NCBI GenBank assembly: GCA_964016885.1
Contig: OZ024750.1
Location: 50,964,001 to 51,028,000, forward strand
Origin: Eledone cirrhosa
Taxonomy: Eukaryota
Reading direction: 5' to 3'
Length of the DNA: 64,000 nucleotides
How positions within the stretch are numbered: position 1 is the stretch's first letter; each line of letters starts with the position of its first letter. Under the pieces are notes generated by a model, which searched no databases, was not told where the DNA came from, and worked only from the letters and a program-made list of their open reading frames with translations. Positions 13,291 through 27,971 of the stretch are shown piece by piece. The position numbers and the translations under genes were made by a program.

Positions 13291-14276
13291 GTATTTATCT
13301 ATACATATTTTATTATCGAGAGGCATCCATAATAACGATGTACGCTAACGTTTCGCAATGTTTTTGATATTTCTATTTATTTCTTGTAATGTGTTCATGG
13401 AGAACATTGTTCATCTGACGCTCCTTAAATAACCATTAATAGCATACACTATAAGTATAAGTACTGAGAACTTTAACATAATTTTTGAATTTCTTTTCTT
13501 TCATCATACGCTGGTTGTGTAGTAAAAATACATTTATTGAAAGCTGAAAGAAAGAAAAAAATTTGAACTTAGGCTTTATATTTGTGTCACTTGAAGGATA
13601 AGGTGTGTATTTTAAAGAATCTGTTCACTTTGAAGTTGCTTTCAGCACATTATTAATTAAGTTATATAAAAGTGACGTCGTAGTTTCAATACTTCTTCCC
13701 ACCTCCGTTATAATTAAAATGTTGAATACGCTAGGTTAAAATACGCTGCCTTCTTTTGGACTAAACTTTCTACACATTTTCACTTCCAACGATCATCTTC
13801 ATTTAAAAAGTTGATATATATTTATTTATGCTCATAATTATATGAATATACAAATGTTTGCATGAAGCCGTAACTCTTGATAGAGGTTTGGGAGCGTCGT
13901 AAAAACATAAACCTGACGGAGCGCATCCCATTTCCAGGTCAGAACAAGGCCGGTTTCTTCCAATGAATGAAAAAAAGAAAGTGGAATAGAGAAAGAGATA
14001 TAAAGGGTTAATCGATACCATTATTAAACTGGTACTCATTTGTTGGACCACGAAAGGATGAAAGACAAAGGTTACCTTGGTGTGAATGTAACTCCAAACG
14101 CAGAGAACCGAAACGGGTAGCACAAAGCATATAATCCGACTTTCTAACGAATCTACAAATGTGTGGCCATATCTACATACCTATACATACGGTCGACTGA
14201 AACGTACACACGCATATTCTGAATGAATGATGCAAGGGCTGTGAAATCTTGAATGCATTAATTTCAAATCTTAATA

Positions 14277-14463
14277 ATTGTTTCTACTTTAGGCACAAGG
14301 CCAGCAATTACCCAGTGCATTACTGGTACTTTATTTTATCGACCCCGTAAGAATGAAAGGCAAAGTCAACCTCGGCGGGATTTGAACTCAGATCGTAAAA
14401 GGACGTAACTATGCTGGAAAGCATGGCGTCCGACCCTCTACCGATACTGCCAATCCACCGCCC
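14277..14463 (-). mobile_element. SINE family 1, full length
   Basis: Complete reverse-complement copy; CTTAATAAT occurs on both flanks. Confidence 0.9.
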
Positions 14464-14529
14464 TTAATAATCTTAATAATCTTAATAATAGGTGCATTGT
14501 TTCTTTCAGGCGACTATTTTAAAAAATAA

Positions 14530-14594
14530 ATTTAATTTGGTCATACCATGAGAGTATCTTGGTCAGCCTATGAAGTTTCCAGCCGACCCTCCTA
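14530..14594 (-). mobile_element. Possible Tc1/mariner terminal fragment
   Basis: Reverse complement TA-GGAGGGTCGGCTGGAAACTTCATAGGCTGACCAAG resembles mariner TIR starts (TACGAGGG...); no partner TIR seen. Confidence 0.4.
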
Positions 14595-14660
14595 CATATA
14601 CCTTCACATACACTTATAGACTTCTCGTACATACATACTCTCATACAGATATTCATATTA

Positions 14661-14824
<164 letters not shown>

Positions 14825-15148
14825 CATATTAATAAGAGTGAATCTGCTGTTAGAACTTTCTAATATTCTTAATTATTGGCTTCTAAATTGGGAAAACATA
14901 GGCGATTTAATGAGAATTTTATTAAAATTTCGTGCATAAATATATTTTTCTGACATAAAAAGAAATTTTCAGGACACACATATATACATATGCATGCGTG
15001 ATTGTGTGTGTGTGTATGTGTGTGTGCCGTGGCATGTGTCTGCGTTTGTGTGTGTGCCTATGTGCGTATGTGTATGCGTATATGCGTGTGTGTATGCGTA
15101 TGTGCGTGTGTTTGTGCGTATCCGTGTGTATACATAAATACATATATA

Positions 15149-15220
<72 letters not shown>

Positions 15221-15249
15221 TATATATTTATATACATATATACACATAT

Positions 15250-15338
<89 letters not shown>

Positions 15339-15367
15339 TATATATTTATATACATAAATACACATAT

Positions 15368-15401
<34 letters not shown>

Positions 15402-15865
15402 CATATTAAAGATTATTAATTAATATATTAATATCCGAACGTCAGTGAAAGATCTTTCAAAGGTATCAATATATACGATTCCTAATTGTGTAATTAAAGT
15501 TATCGTGCTAATAGATCTTACATTACAAACGGAATAGAATGATACATGAAACTATATTGTGTGTTATCTAATCGTGCTTCAAAATATAGTAGTAAGGGTT
15601 ACTTAATCATCTCTTTCATGTTGAGGGGAAAATATTAAGATTTTTGATTTTGAATTTCTGTGCAATTGAATTTTATAGCAGGGTCATCCGTTTTTTTATA
15701 CTACGCATTTTCGTGTCTGTATTTCCCAAAGGTGAGCGTGAGAAACGACATTGATATAATATCCCCTAATGGAGCTAAACATCTCCTTTAATTGTACCCA
15801 TCGTCTCAACTCACATCCGTCACTTGTTTGAATGTGTGTGTGTATGTGTGTGTGTGTGTGTGTGC

Positions 15866-15933
<68 letters not shown>

Positions 15934-16117
15934 TTACAACAGTGACATGTAGAGGTACTTAGGTTTAGTTGGGTTATACACCTCAACTCATTCAGCCTGC
16001 TAGACAAAAATAAAATGGTTACTCCTACGGTTGATTAGAGGTTTTTAATAAGAAATCGAGAGCCCTTCAGGGACAGTAATTTCTAATTTAGCTATAAATA
16101 AACAGTTATTAGATAGG

Positions 16118-16399
16118 TTAAAGTAAGGTAACTATAATCAAAACCCCAAATGCAGGGAACTTGTTCTAAGTTAGAAACACTGCTTAAATACCGGCGTGTA
16201 TTGCTTTAGTCGCTGTCCACACGAAGCAAAATTCATTCTGAGAAAATGCTTTATACCAGACTAACTAATTTGAATTTCAAGGAATATCATTTCTTTGAAT
16301 TACTAATTTGAATCCCAAGAAATTTGATTTTTTTTTTTAATTACTAACTTAGCACAAGTTCCAAGCATTTGGGATGTTTTTTATAGTTAGCTCCCTTAA
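16118..16399. mobile_element. MITE-like element with ~50-bp imperfect TIRs, TTAA at both ends
   Basis: TAACTATAATCAAAACCCCAAATGCAGGGAACTTGTTCTAAGTTAG (~16129) is inverted as CTAACTTAGCACAAGTTCCAAGCATTTGGGATGTTTTTTATAGTTA (~16344). Confidence 0.55.
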
Positions 16400-16416
16400 A
16401 CAAATGTAATAATTGT

Positions 16417-16458
<42 letters not shown>

Positions 16459-16519
16459 GATATGTCCCAAGGCTCTGATACCATCAACACCATAAACTGG
16501 CATATCTAAGAACTGACTA

Positions 16520-16575
16520 ACTGCCTGATGAGGTCATAACCATTCAATGCTATCATCGAAATATATATAGCAGTA
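16520..16575 (+). ncRNA. Minimal type I hammerhead ribozyme motif, stem II degenerate
   Basis: ACTGC-CTGATGA-[GGTCATAACCATTCAATGCTATCATC]-GAAA-TATATA-TA-GCAGT; stem I is ACTGC/GCAGT. Confidence 0.6.
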
Positions 16576-16801
16576 AATAAAGGATTATGAGTTCATGCAA
16601 TTGACATATGTTTCGTCACTATATATATATATATATATATGTGCATTGGACTATATTTGTAATATGGTTCAAAATGCTATTCACTTCCTTAGCAATTTTT
16701 ACTTGATAATTTTTACCCGATAATTTTTCTATGCTTTATTTTATGTACACTCCATATTCTTCTGAGTTTTTGGCTTGTATTGGCCGATAGTGCTTCTTAT
16801 A

Positions 16802-16857
16802 GCTTTAATTGCCCTGATGAGTCCTTAATAGGACGAAACATTGTTGGCTAATAAAGA
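16802..16857 (+). ncRNA. Type I hammerhead ribozyme in the 5' pLTR, intact
   Basis: GCC-CTGATGA-GTCC-TTAATA-GGAC-GAAAC-ATT-GTT-GGC; perfect 4-bp stem II, stem I GCC/GGC extendable by CTTT/AAAG. Confidence 0.85.
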
Positions 16858-17068
16858 CTTTTGATGTATTGAAGGCTTCTTTGGTTTATTTTCATAATTC
16901 TTCGGCTCTGTTTAATTACATTGAGCTATACCTTTACTGTCATTTCTATAATACGAAGAGGGTGTTTAACTCCAACACACTCTAGTATTTTAATTCTTGT
17001 TACTGCTCCTGATTGGTTGAGCTTCCTCCTATATACTGGTGTTTTGGCCTTTATATATATCTGACAGT

Positions 17069-19761
17069 ATGCTAACAAAGAGTTACCTGCCTTTATCACT
17101 GAAGAATATTCCCATCCCCTCTAGAAATACTTATGAAAAACTCTTAATTGCTAGTGTTAACTCCTTCGTAAAAAGGATTAGATGGCGTGCTTTCCACTAT
17201 GATATTAATAGGAATAGGACTGACCCCAAGCATAGAACTCATTTCAATAACTTTGGCTTCAAAACTTATAAGAGCCCACCACATAATGTTCTATTAGATA
17301 ATTTTGAAAATGACTTACTTTCCCTTGTCAAAAATATTAAGTATAGGCCATATAATAGACATGGAAATTATAATAAGTTTGACAGGTTCCAGTCTAGACT
17401 TAAAAATATTGTTAAGGGTTTTAGAGAGAATAAGTCTATTCTTGTCCCGGCTGATAAGACTAAGAATCTATACTCTATGGATTACAGTGCTTACCGTAAT
17501 TTTATTTATAAGGAGCTGCATAGAAATTATAAAAAGACTACGCAGGATAATTTGAACCATATCAATAGTGAGGGTCTTATGATAGTCTCGGACCTTGGCC
17601 TCGATAAGTATACCCAGCCATATTACCCTACGGAACCGAGATTTACTCTTAAGGATCATAAGGTAGACTTCATTAGTAATCCCTCTGTTAGACTTATCTG
17701 TCCTTCTAAGTCTGATATAGCCATAGTTAGTAAGAAAATCCTTGACCTTATTATACCGATCTTAGGGAGAGGGTTAATTTTAACCAATGGGGGAACACTA
17801 AGGAGGTTATAGATTGGTTCTCTGGTATTGATAAACTTGAATCTAGTAGGTTTATCCAGTTCGATATTGATGCCTATTACATATCTATTTCACCCATCCT
17901 CCTTAACAAAGCCTTAATGTTGGCCATGAGAGTGTCCAGCCTTACACGATCACAGGTAGATATACTAGCAGCCCGTAGAACTATCATTAATTTTGAGGAT
18001 ACATTTTGTACCCGTAAAAACACGCCCAACAATTTCGACGTTACAATGGGTTCGAGTGATTCGGCCCAGGTAACTGATCTTGTTGGGCTCTTCCTCCTAA
18101 ACGAACTATATGTTACCTTTCCGCACCTTAAAGGCGGACTTTATCGTGACGATGCTTTGTTTGTGATTAACTCTAGCACCAACAACGTCGAGCATAATAA
18201 GAAGAAGCTTTATAAGTTTTTTAAAAGCTATAACCTTTCGATCACGATAGATAAAAATGATAGAGCGGTCAACTTTTTAGATGTGACTTTGGACTTGGTC
18301 ACTAATAGTTTTAAACCCTTCCATAAGCCTAATGAAATACTCTCTTATGTTAGTCCCAATTCTAACCACCCCAAATCTATGATAAGCTCTATAATTAATG
18401 GTGTATCTAATAGGATTTCCACACTCTCTAAGGACGTAGGAACATTTAATGCACATGCAGAGTACTATAATAATGCCCTAGCTAATTCCGGTTACTCTGG
18501 TAAAATACATTATAATAATAGTAACCTTAGAAAGTCTCCGCTTACTTATAATAATAATAATAACATAATATCCCATAATATGGCCATGAATGGGAGTAGA
18601 AAGCATAAGAATCGTAGAAATCACATAGGTGTATCTGAACCCATCCATAAGTTAAGCCACCGGACTCGTAATAGTGAGTCTAATACTTCTCGGAATCAAG
18701 TCGTGCCCTCTGAGCGCTCACTCAGTTGTAATGCTTTTGCTAAATCTAATTCTAATAGTGTTGTTTCTACTGATCCTATTATTAGCCCTAATCCTTTTGA
18801 TATACTTCCAGATAGCAGCAGATATACTAATGGTAGAAACAAAAAGAGACTTAATGGAGTTTCGGCTGATTCTAATAATGTGGTTTTAACTAGTCCTTGT
18901 AGTAACCCAAATCTTAATAAGAGGATATTAGATAACGGTAGAGTTGGTAAGGATACAAATAGAAGGAGACTAAATACTTATTTTAACCTGCCATATAATC
19001 AGGAAGTATTAACTAACATCCCTAGGCCTTTCTTTTCTATCTTAGAGAAAAATGTCCCTCCTACTAATAAATACCATAGTATTTTTAATAAAAATGTAAT
19101 TAAACTTTCATTCTCTACCACCCCTAATATTAGTTCTCATTTAGCTAGCACTAACAAAGGGAAAATTAGGGATGGATACTCCTCTCTACGTACTACTAGT
19201 CCGAATAGATCCATAAATACCTTACCACCAGAGCAGACCTTATCTCATAGTAACCCTACGTGTGATGCATCACTACTTCAGCCGATCAATAGCACCCGGA
19301 AGTGTAACTGTAGAGTGAGTGCTAACTGCCCTTTAAACGGTAACTGCCTCTCTAAGAACATCGTTTATGCTTGTGTAGTTAAAACAAATTCCTCTAATAG
19401 TACATATATAGGCTCTACATCTAACACTTTTAAGACTAGGTTTAATTCTCATATCTCTAATTTTAAACATGTTAGGTTTAAGAATTCTACTTCTTTAGCA
19501 TACCATATCTGGGATCTTAAGGAGGCTAATATACCATATAGCCTTAATTGGCGAATAGTAGCACGCTCTAATAACCTTTCAACACATACTAAATTTTGTA
19601 ATCTCTGTATCCTTGAGACCCACTCTATAATTTTCTCTAGGGAAACCTTACTTAATAGAAAGTCTGAGATATTCTCTTCTTTCCCCCACGCCATTTCAAA
19701 TTCTTACTTTTATTATACCATACCATATCTATATTATATTTTCACTATTAACACCTTATGA
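17069..19761 (+). pseudogene. Penelope RT-GIY-YIG polyprotein, one frameshift near 17770
   Basis: SLKNIPIPS, ADKTKNLY, TLKDHK, FDIDAYY, TMGSSDSA, LYRDD, NFLDVTL, SNHP, CNCRVSANCPLNGNC, IVYAC...YIGSTSNTFKTRFNSH and CNLCILE. Confidence 0.92.
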
Positions 19762-21355
19762 GTTTATATCTGATTATATATTTTATTTTATATTATTTTA
19801 TTTTATTTTATTTTATTTGGATTCTTCTTTGGATAATTAACCCCCCCCCCCCAACACACACACACACACTTGTCATTCGCCCCTTCAAATATACTATAAT
19901 TATATTCAATTCCCTTTTATGCTCCTTTCTATTGTATAATACAGTATATTGATTATGATTTTATGCTCCTTCGTATCCCTCATACATTTCTTTTTTCTGT
20001 CCCCATTGGCCTACCATAATTATACTTAAAGTCCGTTTATTAGATAACGTTATTCAACTGATAGTAGAATATTTCATTCTTTCCACATATTTTTATAGCG
20101 ATATCTTAAACTTTGGAGTTTTTGATTACTTAAACCATAGCTAATTTTGTATTGACTTATTATGTATTTTAAATACTTTCAATATTAATTAATTTAATAG
20201 GGTTTTCTAGTCATTTATCCGGGTTTGTTTCCTAATTTGTTTACTTAACTACATGTGACACCTAAGTAAATACTTTTGTTTTTGTTTTTCGATTTCCGGT
20301 TGATTTTATTTATATATTTATACTACCGTGCGTAGTTTTCTGTCTGGTTCTTATTCACTTATTCATAAATGTCTGTCCAGCAACCACGTAATTATGTATA
20401 TTATACTATGTTCAATATTTTATATTGAAATGTTTATATCATTCCACTCTTTGTAAACGTACTACTGATCTTTATTATTTACCGATTATTAAATGTACCA
20501 TTATGTTATGTTAAATTTTGTAAATTCTGTAATATGTTTATATTTTTATAATTTTTGTAATGTTTGGATAATATTTATTTACACCAATTGTAGAGAAATG
20601 TAACCTCCATCTGTTTTCTTCAATGGTTTTGATATTTTTCCAACATAATTTTTCCAACATAATTTAGTTCTGTACAATATTTTTTCTCACCCGGTCTGTA
20701 ACTCTATATGATTTGTTAATTTATATGCCATTATATTAAAATATTGTTATTATAGTATTATTGTAACATTTATATTGTTTGTGCAAATTAACCGGAGATT
20801 ATCTATTATATAATTATATAATTATATAGTTTATTATAATACATTATATGTTTACTTTTAATCATTTCTTCTTCATTTTATACTGTGAATAATATATGAA
20901 TAATATTTTTATTTTCATTTCTATTTTTATTTTTATTCTTCTTCTTCTTATTATTATTATTTATATTTAAACTCTTAATAAGGGTTAGTTTGTGCTTGTA
21001 TTGATGGAAATGTGTATTGATATATATGTATATATGTGTACATATGTATATATATATATATATATATATGTATATTGGGCCTTTTAATATTATTTTTAAT
21101 ATTATTATTATTATTGTCATTATCAATTATATTATTTTATATTATATTATATTATATATAGTACAATAATTCCCGCTCTATATCACCACCTTTGTTTAGC
21201 TTTAGTTTTTGCATTGGACTATATTTGTAATATGGTTCAAAATGTTATTCACTTCATTAGCAATTTTTACCCGATAATTTTCCTATGCTTTATTGTATGT
21301 ACACTCCATATTCTTCTGAGCTTTTGGCTTGTATTGGCCGATAGTGCTTCTTATA

Positions 21356-21411
21356 GCTTTAATTGCCCTGATGAGGGCTTAATAGGACGAAACATTGTTG
21401 GCTAATAAAGA
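21356..21411 (+). ncRNA. Hammerhead motif in the 3' pLTR, stem II mutated
   Basis: Same as 16802-16857 except GTCC is replaced by GGGC. Confidence 0.7.
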
Positions 21412-21447
21412 CTTTTGATGTATTGAAGGCTTCTTTGGTTTATTTTC

Positions 21448-21633
<186 letters not shown>

Positions 21634-21738
21634 GCTCTGATTATTTAATTTATTAACTTCTCATTGAGCCACAAAGTGACCCGTTGCAAAACACGTATAT
21701 GTTTATATGTATATATATATATATATATATATGTAAAC

Positions 21739-21795
<57 letters not shown>

Positions 21796-22917
21796 TTAAA
21801 ACAATGAAATAAAAATTCAAGTCACTAGAAATATACTTCACTGCTTTACGATCGTTTCTAGGTGATAATAATACATCGTACGCATATTTCGTTATCGAAC
21901 TATGAAGGGTTAGTTACAAAATATCAAATAAGGAATATATTTACCTACCTGTATATCATCAGCCGTTATCAAAAGCAATGAAAATTTTATTCAAAATCAA
22001 TAGTAAATTGAGTTCTGTGACCTTATTTTGAGGTAGCTGAAGAACAAATCAATCAAATGGTTTTTTGCCATATGATGTTAAGATGAAATATAACTCACTT
22101 TAGTTGACCCTTTGAATGGAATGGTTGAATGGTGTTAAAAATAGAATTACTATAAAGAAACTATGAATAAAAAGGAATTGTTATATTGATAGTGGAATAT
22201 AGTTGGTGGAGAGAAGTTTAAAAAGGAATGTAAAAATTAAATGTTGAGTTGTGTTGTATGGAATTTTTAGGTGAATATAAATAAGTAAATATAAAATATA
22301 CAGAGATAACTAGGATAAATATAGATAGGTAAAGTAATGGTCATAACTAGGAAGGATAGTATATTAAAAGATAATAAGATAATAAAATATAATAATATAA
22401 TAATATAATATAATATAATGTAATATAATATAGTACAGTATGGTACATTGTATATAGTATAGTATAGATGCATCATAAAATATACAATAGTAAATATTTT
22501 CAAGTGGGTCTATTTATAAGTAATCAAACTCAGATAAATGCATGTTGACATATAGTCAAAACGCATAATTTTCTTAGATCACAAAAAGTTCATATATTCA
22601 CATATATAGATAGAGGTATAATTACATTGATACTCCATTAAACACATACATACGAATATATATATAAACATATACAAATACATACATATACTATAAAAAG
22701 AAAAAAATAGATTTCAAGCTATCGCGGAATACCATTCTGCATAGAACTCCATATCTTGGGAACAGGAGAGAATGCAGATTACACATGCACCAGACAGTTT
22801 TCACTTCAATTTATTATAAATTTCCGGTTGGCTGGTTGGTTGATTCGATAACCGGAAATTTATAATAATTTGAAATGAAAATTACCGGTGCGTGTGTTTT
22901 TATTGGCAACAAAGTAT

Positions 22918-22956
<39 letters not shown>

Positions 22957-23139
22957 AAAAAGTATGACCCCGAGTCCAGAAATAGCCGTCGAAACGGGTT
23001 GAGCTCTGCCGCCGGGGTCATACTTTTTCCTATTTCACACTCTACTACCCTAAGTATTGAGTACTTTGGTTCGTTATGGTCCATCTGGTTCCTTACCAAA
23101 ATTCATTTGTTATATATATATATATATATATACATACTA

Positions 23140-24125
23140 TAAATTAGGCCCATAGAATCATTTGATAAGATATATGCACAATTTTCTCTCTCAATTAGCA
23201 TAATCAACCACACAAAAAACCAATTAAACCAGGCTAAGATTAAAAGGCACCTATAAAGAAATACTAGATAAATAAACGACAGCCATCTATTCGCGATCAA
23301 CAGCTATAGAATATTTACCCTGCATTTCAATAGCACGTAGATATCGATTAAATATAGCGTCAACCAAACACAATTAGGTTTAAAATTAACGTTAGAAGAA
23401 AAAATGTATATAAACATACCAGGAATACGTTTCTACCCCTTAGGGTTTCATTCGCTTTTGGAAATATCCGATCAAGGATAAATTCTCGAGCTTCGAAATC
23501 ATCCGGAAACAAACTAACTTGGACGAAGATCTTTCTTAAATGATCTCCGCCAGAAACGAATTCAAAATGGCTAAGAACTGTGACGTGGCAGTGGTGAAGT
23601 CAGAAAGAATGTGATTGGTGCCTTATGGCGAGTGGGCTCGTTGCTAGAAAGCACAGCCCAATATTGCCTAAATTGCATCTCAACCTTACGGGAGATTATC
23701 AAAAATAAAGATTTACATATACACAAACTAGACAAAGTCATAGATATATATGTTTTTGGCAACCATTCACGATGTGGCTCAATGATGAATTAATAAATTA
23801 AATAATCAGAGTAATATACTATACATAGAATCATTTGAATATGCATAGAATCATTTGATAAGATATATACACCATTTCCTCTCCAAATTACCATAATCAA
23901 CCACACAAAAATCCAATTAAACCAGGCTATAAGATTATAAGGCACCTATAAAGAAATAATAAATAAATAACGCACAGCCATCTATTCGCGATCAACAGCT
24001 ATAGAATATTTACCCAGCATTTCAATAGCACGTGGAAATCGATTAAATATTTCAACCAAACACAATTAGGTATAAAATTGAAGTTAGAAAAAAAAATGTA
24101 TATAAACATAGCAGGATTACGTTTC
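23140..24125. repeat. ~290-bp direct repeat pair (~23140-23430 and ~23845-24125), pLTR-like
   Basis: CATAGAATCATTTGATAAGATATA...CAGCCATCTATTCGCGATCAACAGCTATAGAATATTTACCC is duplicated about 700 bp apart. Confidence 0.8.
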
Positions 24126-24205
24126 AATATTTTTAACAGTAATACTGTACTATATATTTTCAACAGTAATACTGTACTATATACTTTCAACATTAATACT
24201 ATACC

Positions 24206-24237
<32 letters not shown>

Positions 24238-24532
24238 GTAGATAAATCTACCAAAATATACGGTAGCGTCCAATCCGTATGAAGAGCTCAATGTAATCCA
24301 AATATCATGAAAAGAGAAGATGTATTCAAAAATTTGTTCGATGAAAATCACAGGAAAACAGAGTGAAGATAAATTAATTTAAACAATGAATAAAAACAAA
24401 GAAACAGTTCCTTATATAAAAAAATTCATGTATGTATATATATATATACATACATATATGTATATATATATATACATACATACATATATGTATATATATA
24501 TATGTACATATATATATACATACATATATGTA

Positions 24533-26120
<1,588 letters not shown>

Positions 26121-26194
26121 ATATATATATATATATATATGGATGCCGTAGAACACGCCAATGGTAGCCTGACGCCAGCCGGACGGGCCGTCTA

Positions 26195-26628
<434 letters not shown>

Positions 26629-26736
26629 GAAGCTGGAAATAGCACGGAAAATATATTTTAGGGTCTGATTATCTTTTTTTTTTTTCCTTTCTTTGGTTCG
26701 TCAAAGTGACATTATTGAATATATATACGGTATATA

Positions 26737-27335
26737 CTAGCGGCCTCTCGGCCTTCCGCCCCGGTCTGTACTGTGTTTAAATCTATTTATAAAACACCTC
26801 TTGGCATCTATCGTAGTGTCAATTTTCCTTGAAATGAAAGATCTTAAAAGGTAGTTATATATTGCTCAACATAACGTTAAAAATGTATTTAGAATATCTA
26901 AATACAGAAAGTAATAAAGAAAATAATAGAAAAATGTATTCAATGAAAATTATAAAACATTTACAGAACTCCAGTATATATAATGTTTTTAACTTTTTTT
27001 AATACTATATGACGAGTTTGTGGGGGTTTCTTAGCCTGGAACAACCTACATACAAATAATCATGTGAGAAACATCCCTTTTCTAGATGGAGACCGACACC
27101 GTGCAGTCTTTGACCTTATGACTTGTTGATAGTCATTGCGTAAGTGACTCTCACTGGGAACTGCAATCGTTTGAAAGGAAAAAAGGACATATTGTTGTAT
27201 TAGCGGTATACTAGCTATAAATACGATGTCACACATACCACATCCAGTGAAAATATTGGCTTCGATAATGTGAGGTGATAGCACAGTCACAACCATACAC
27301 GTCCCATTGCACAATCATGGCTGTTACCTTCTTCA
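26737..27335 (-). mobile_element. 3' fragment of an autonomous Helitron (PIF1-type helicase C-terminus plus terminal hairpin/CTAG)
   Basis: LCNGTCMVV...IEANIFTG; after a frameshift QFPVRVTYAMTINKS.GQ.L..VGLHL, YLYVGCSR and KNIIYTGVL*. The element ends in GC-rich GGCGGAAGGCCGAGAGGCCGCTAG|T at 26737. Confidence 0.85.
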
Positions 27336-27341
27336 ATTCAA

Positions 27342-27480
27342 GGGCGTGTGGCAGCATGGCTTGTTGGTTAAAGCGTCCGGCTTACAATCCTAAGGAGCTT
27401 TCCGTTGTGTTCTTGAGCACAACACTTTATTTCAAGTTGTTCCAGTTCCGGCAACTGTAGAAGTCAATTTGCCCGTCTAT
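27342..27480 (+). mobile_element. tRNA-derived SINE family 2, degenerate
   Basis: TGGCTTGTTGGTTAAAGCG A box; TTCTTGAGCACAACACTTTATTTCAAGTTG. Confidence 0.6.
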
Positions 27481-27677
27481 GGGTTAAAAGCCTCACCAAC
27501 CCGCAATTGGCCAAGCATGGTGAGTACGGCTACACCCCTGACATGTCCAAAATCAAAGAAAACCATGGAGGTCAATCAGGGGTCCTGCGGTAGGCATCAA
27601 AGGCCCTGATTGAATATATATATATTTATATACATCTATTTGTATATGTATATACATATGTATTTATTATTATAATA

Positions 27678-27764
<87 letters not shown>

Positions 27765-27786
27765 TATTATTATATTGTGCTTTGCA

Positions 27787-27926
27787 GTACAGTTACGTCC
27801 CTTTGCGGACTGAGTTCAAATCCCGCCGCCGAGGTTAACTTTGCCTTTCATCCTTACGGGGTCGATAACATAAAGTACCAGTAATGCAGTGGTATAATTG
27901 CTGGCCTTGTGCCAAAAGTAGAAACA

Positions 27927-27930
<4 letters not shown>
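27787..27930 (+). mobile_element. SINE family 1, 5'-truncated, tail-to-tail with the Dong element
   Basis: B box and body match; ends in (ATT)n. Confidence 0.85.
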
Positions 27931-27957
<27 letters not shown>

Positions 27958-27971
27958 TTGTTATTGTTATT

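Noticed and set aside
21870-21970. Minus-strand CTGATGA...GAAA-TATGCG-TA as a hammerhead
   Set aside because: Stems I and II pair poorly, so it cannot be supported without a family consensus.
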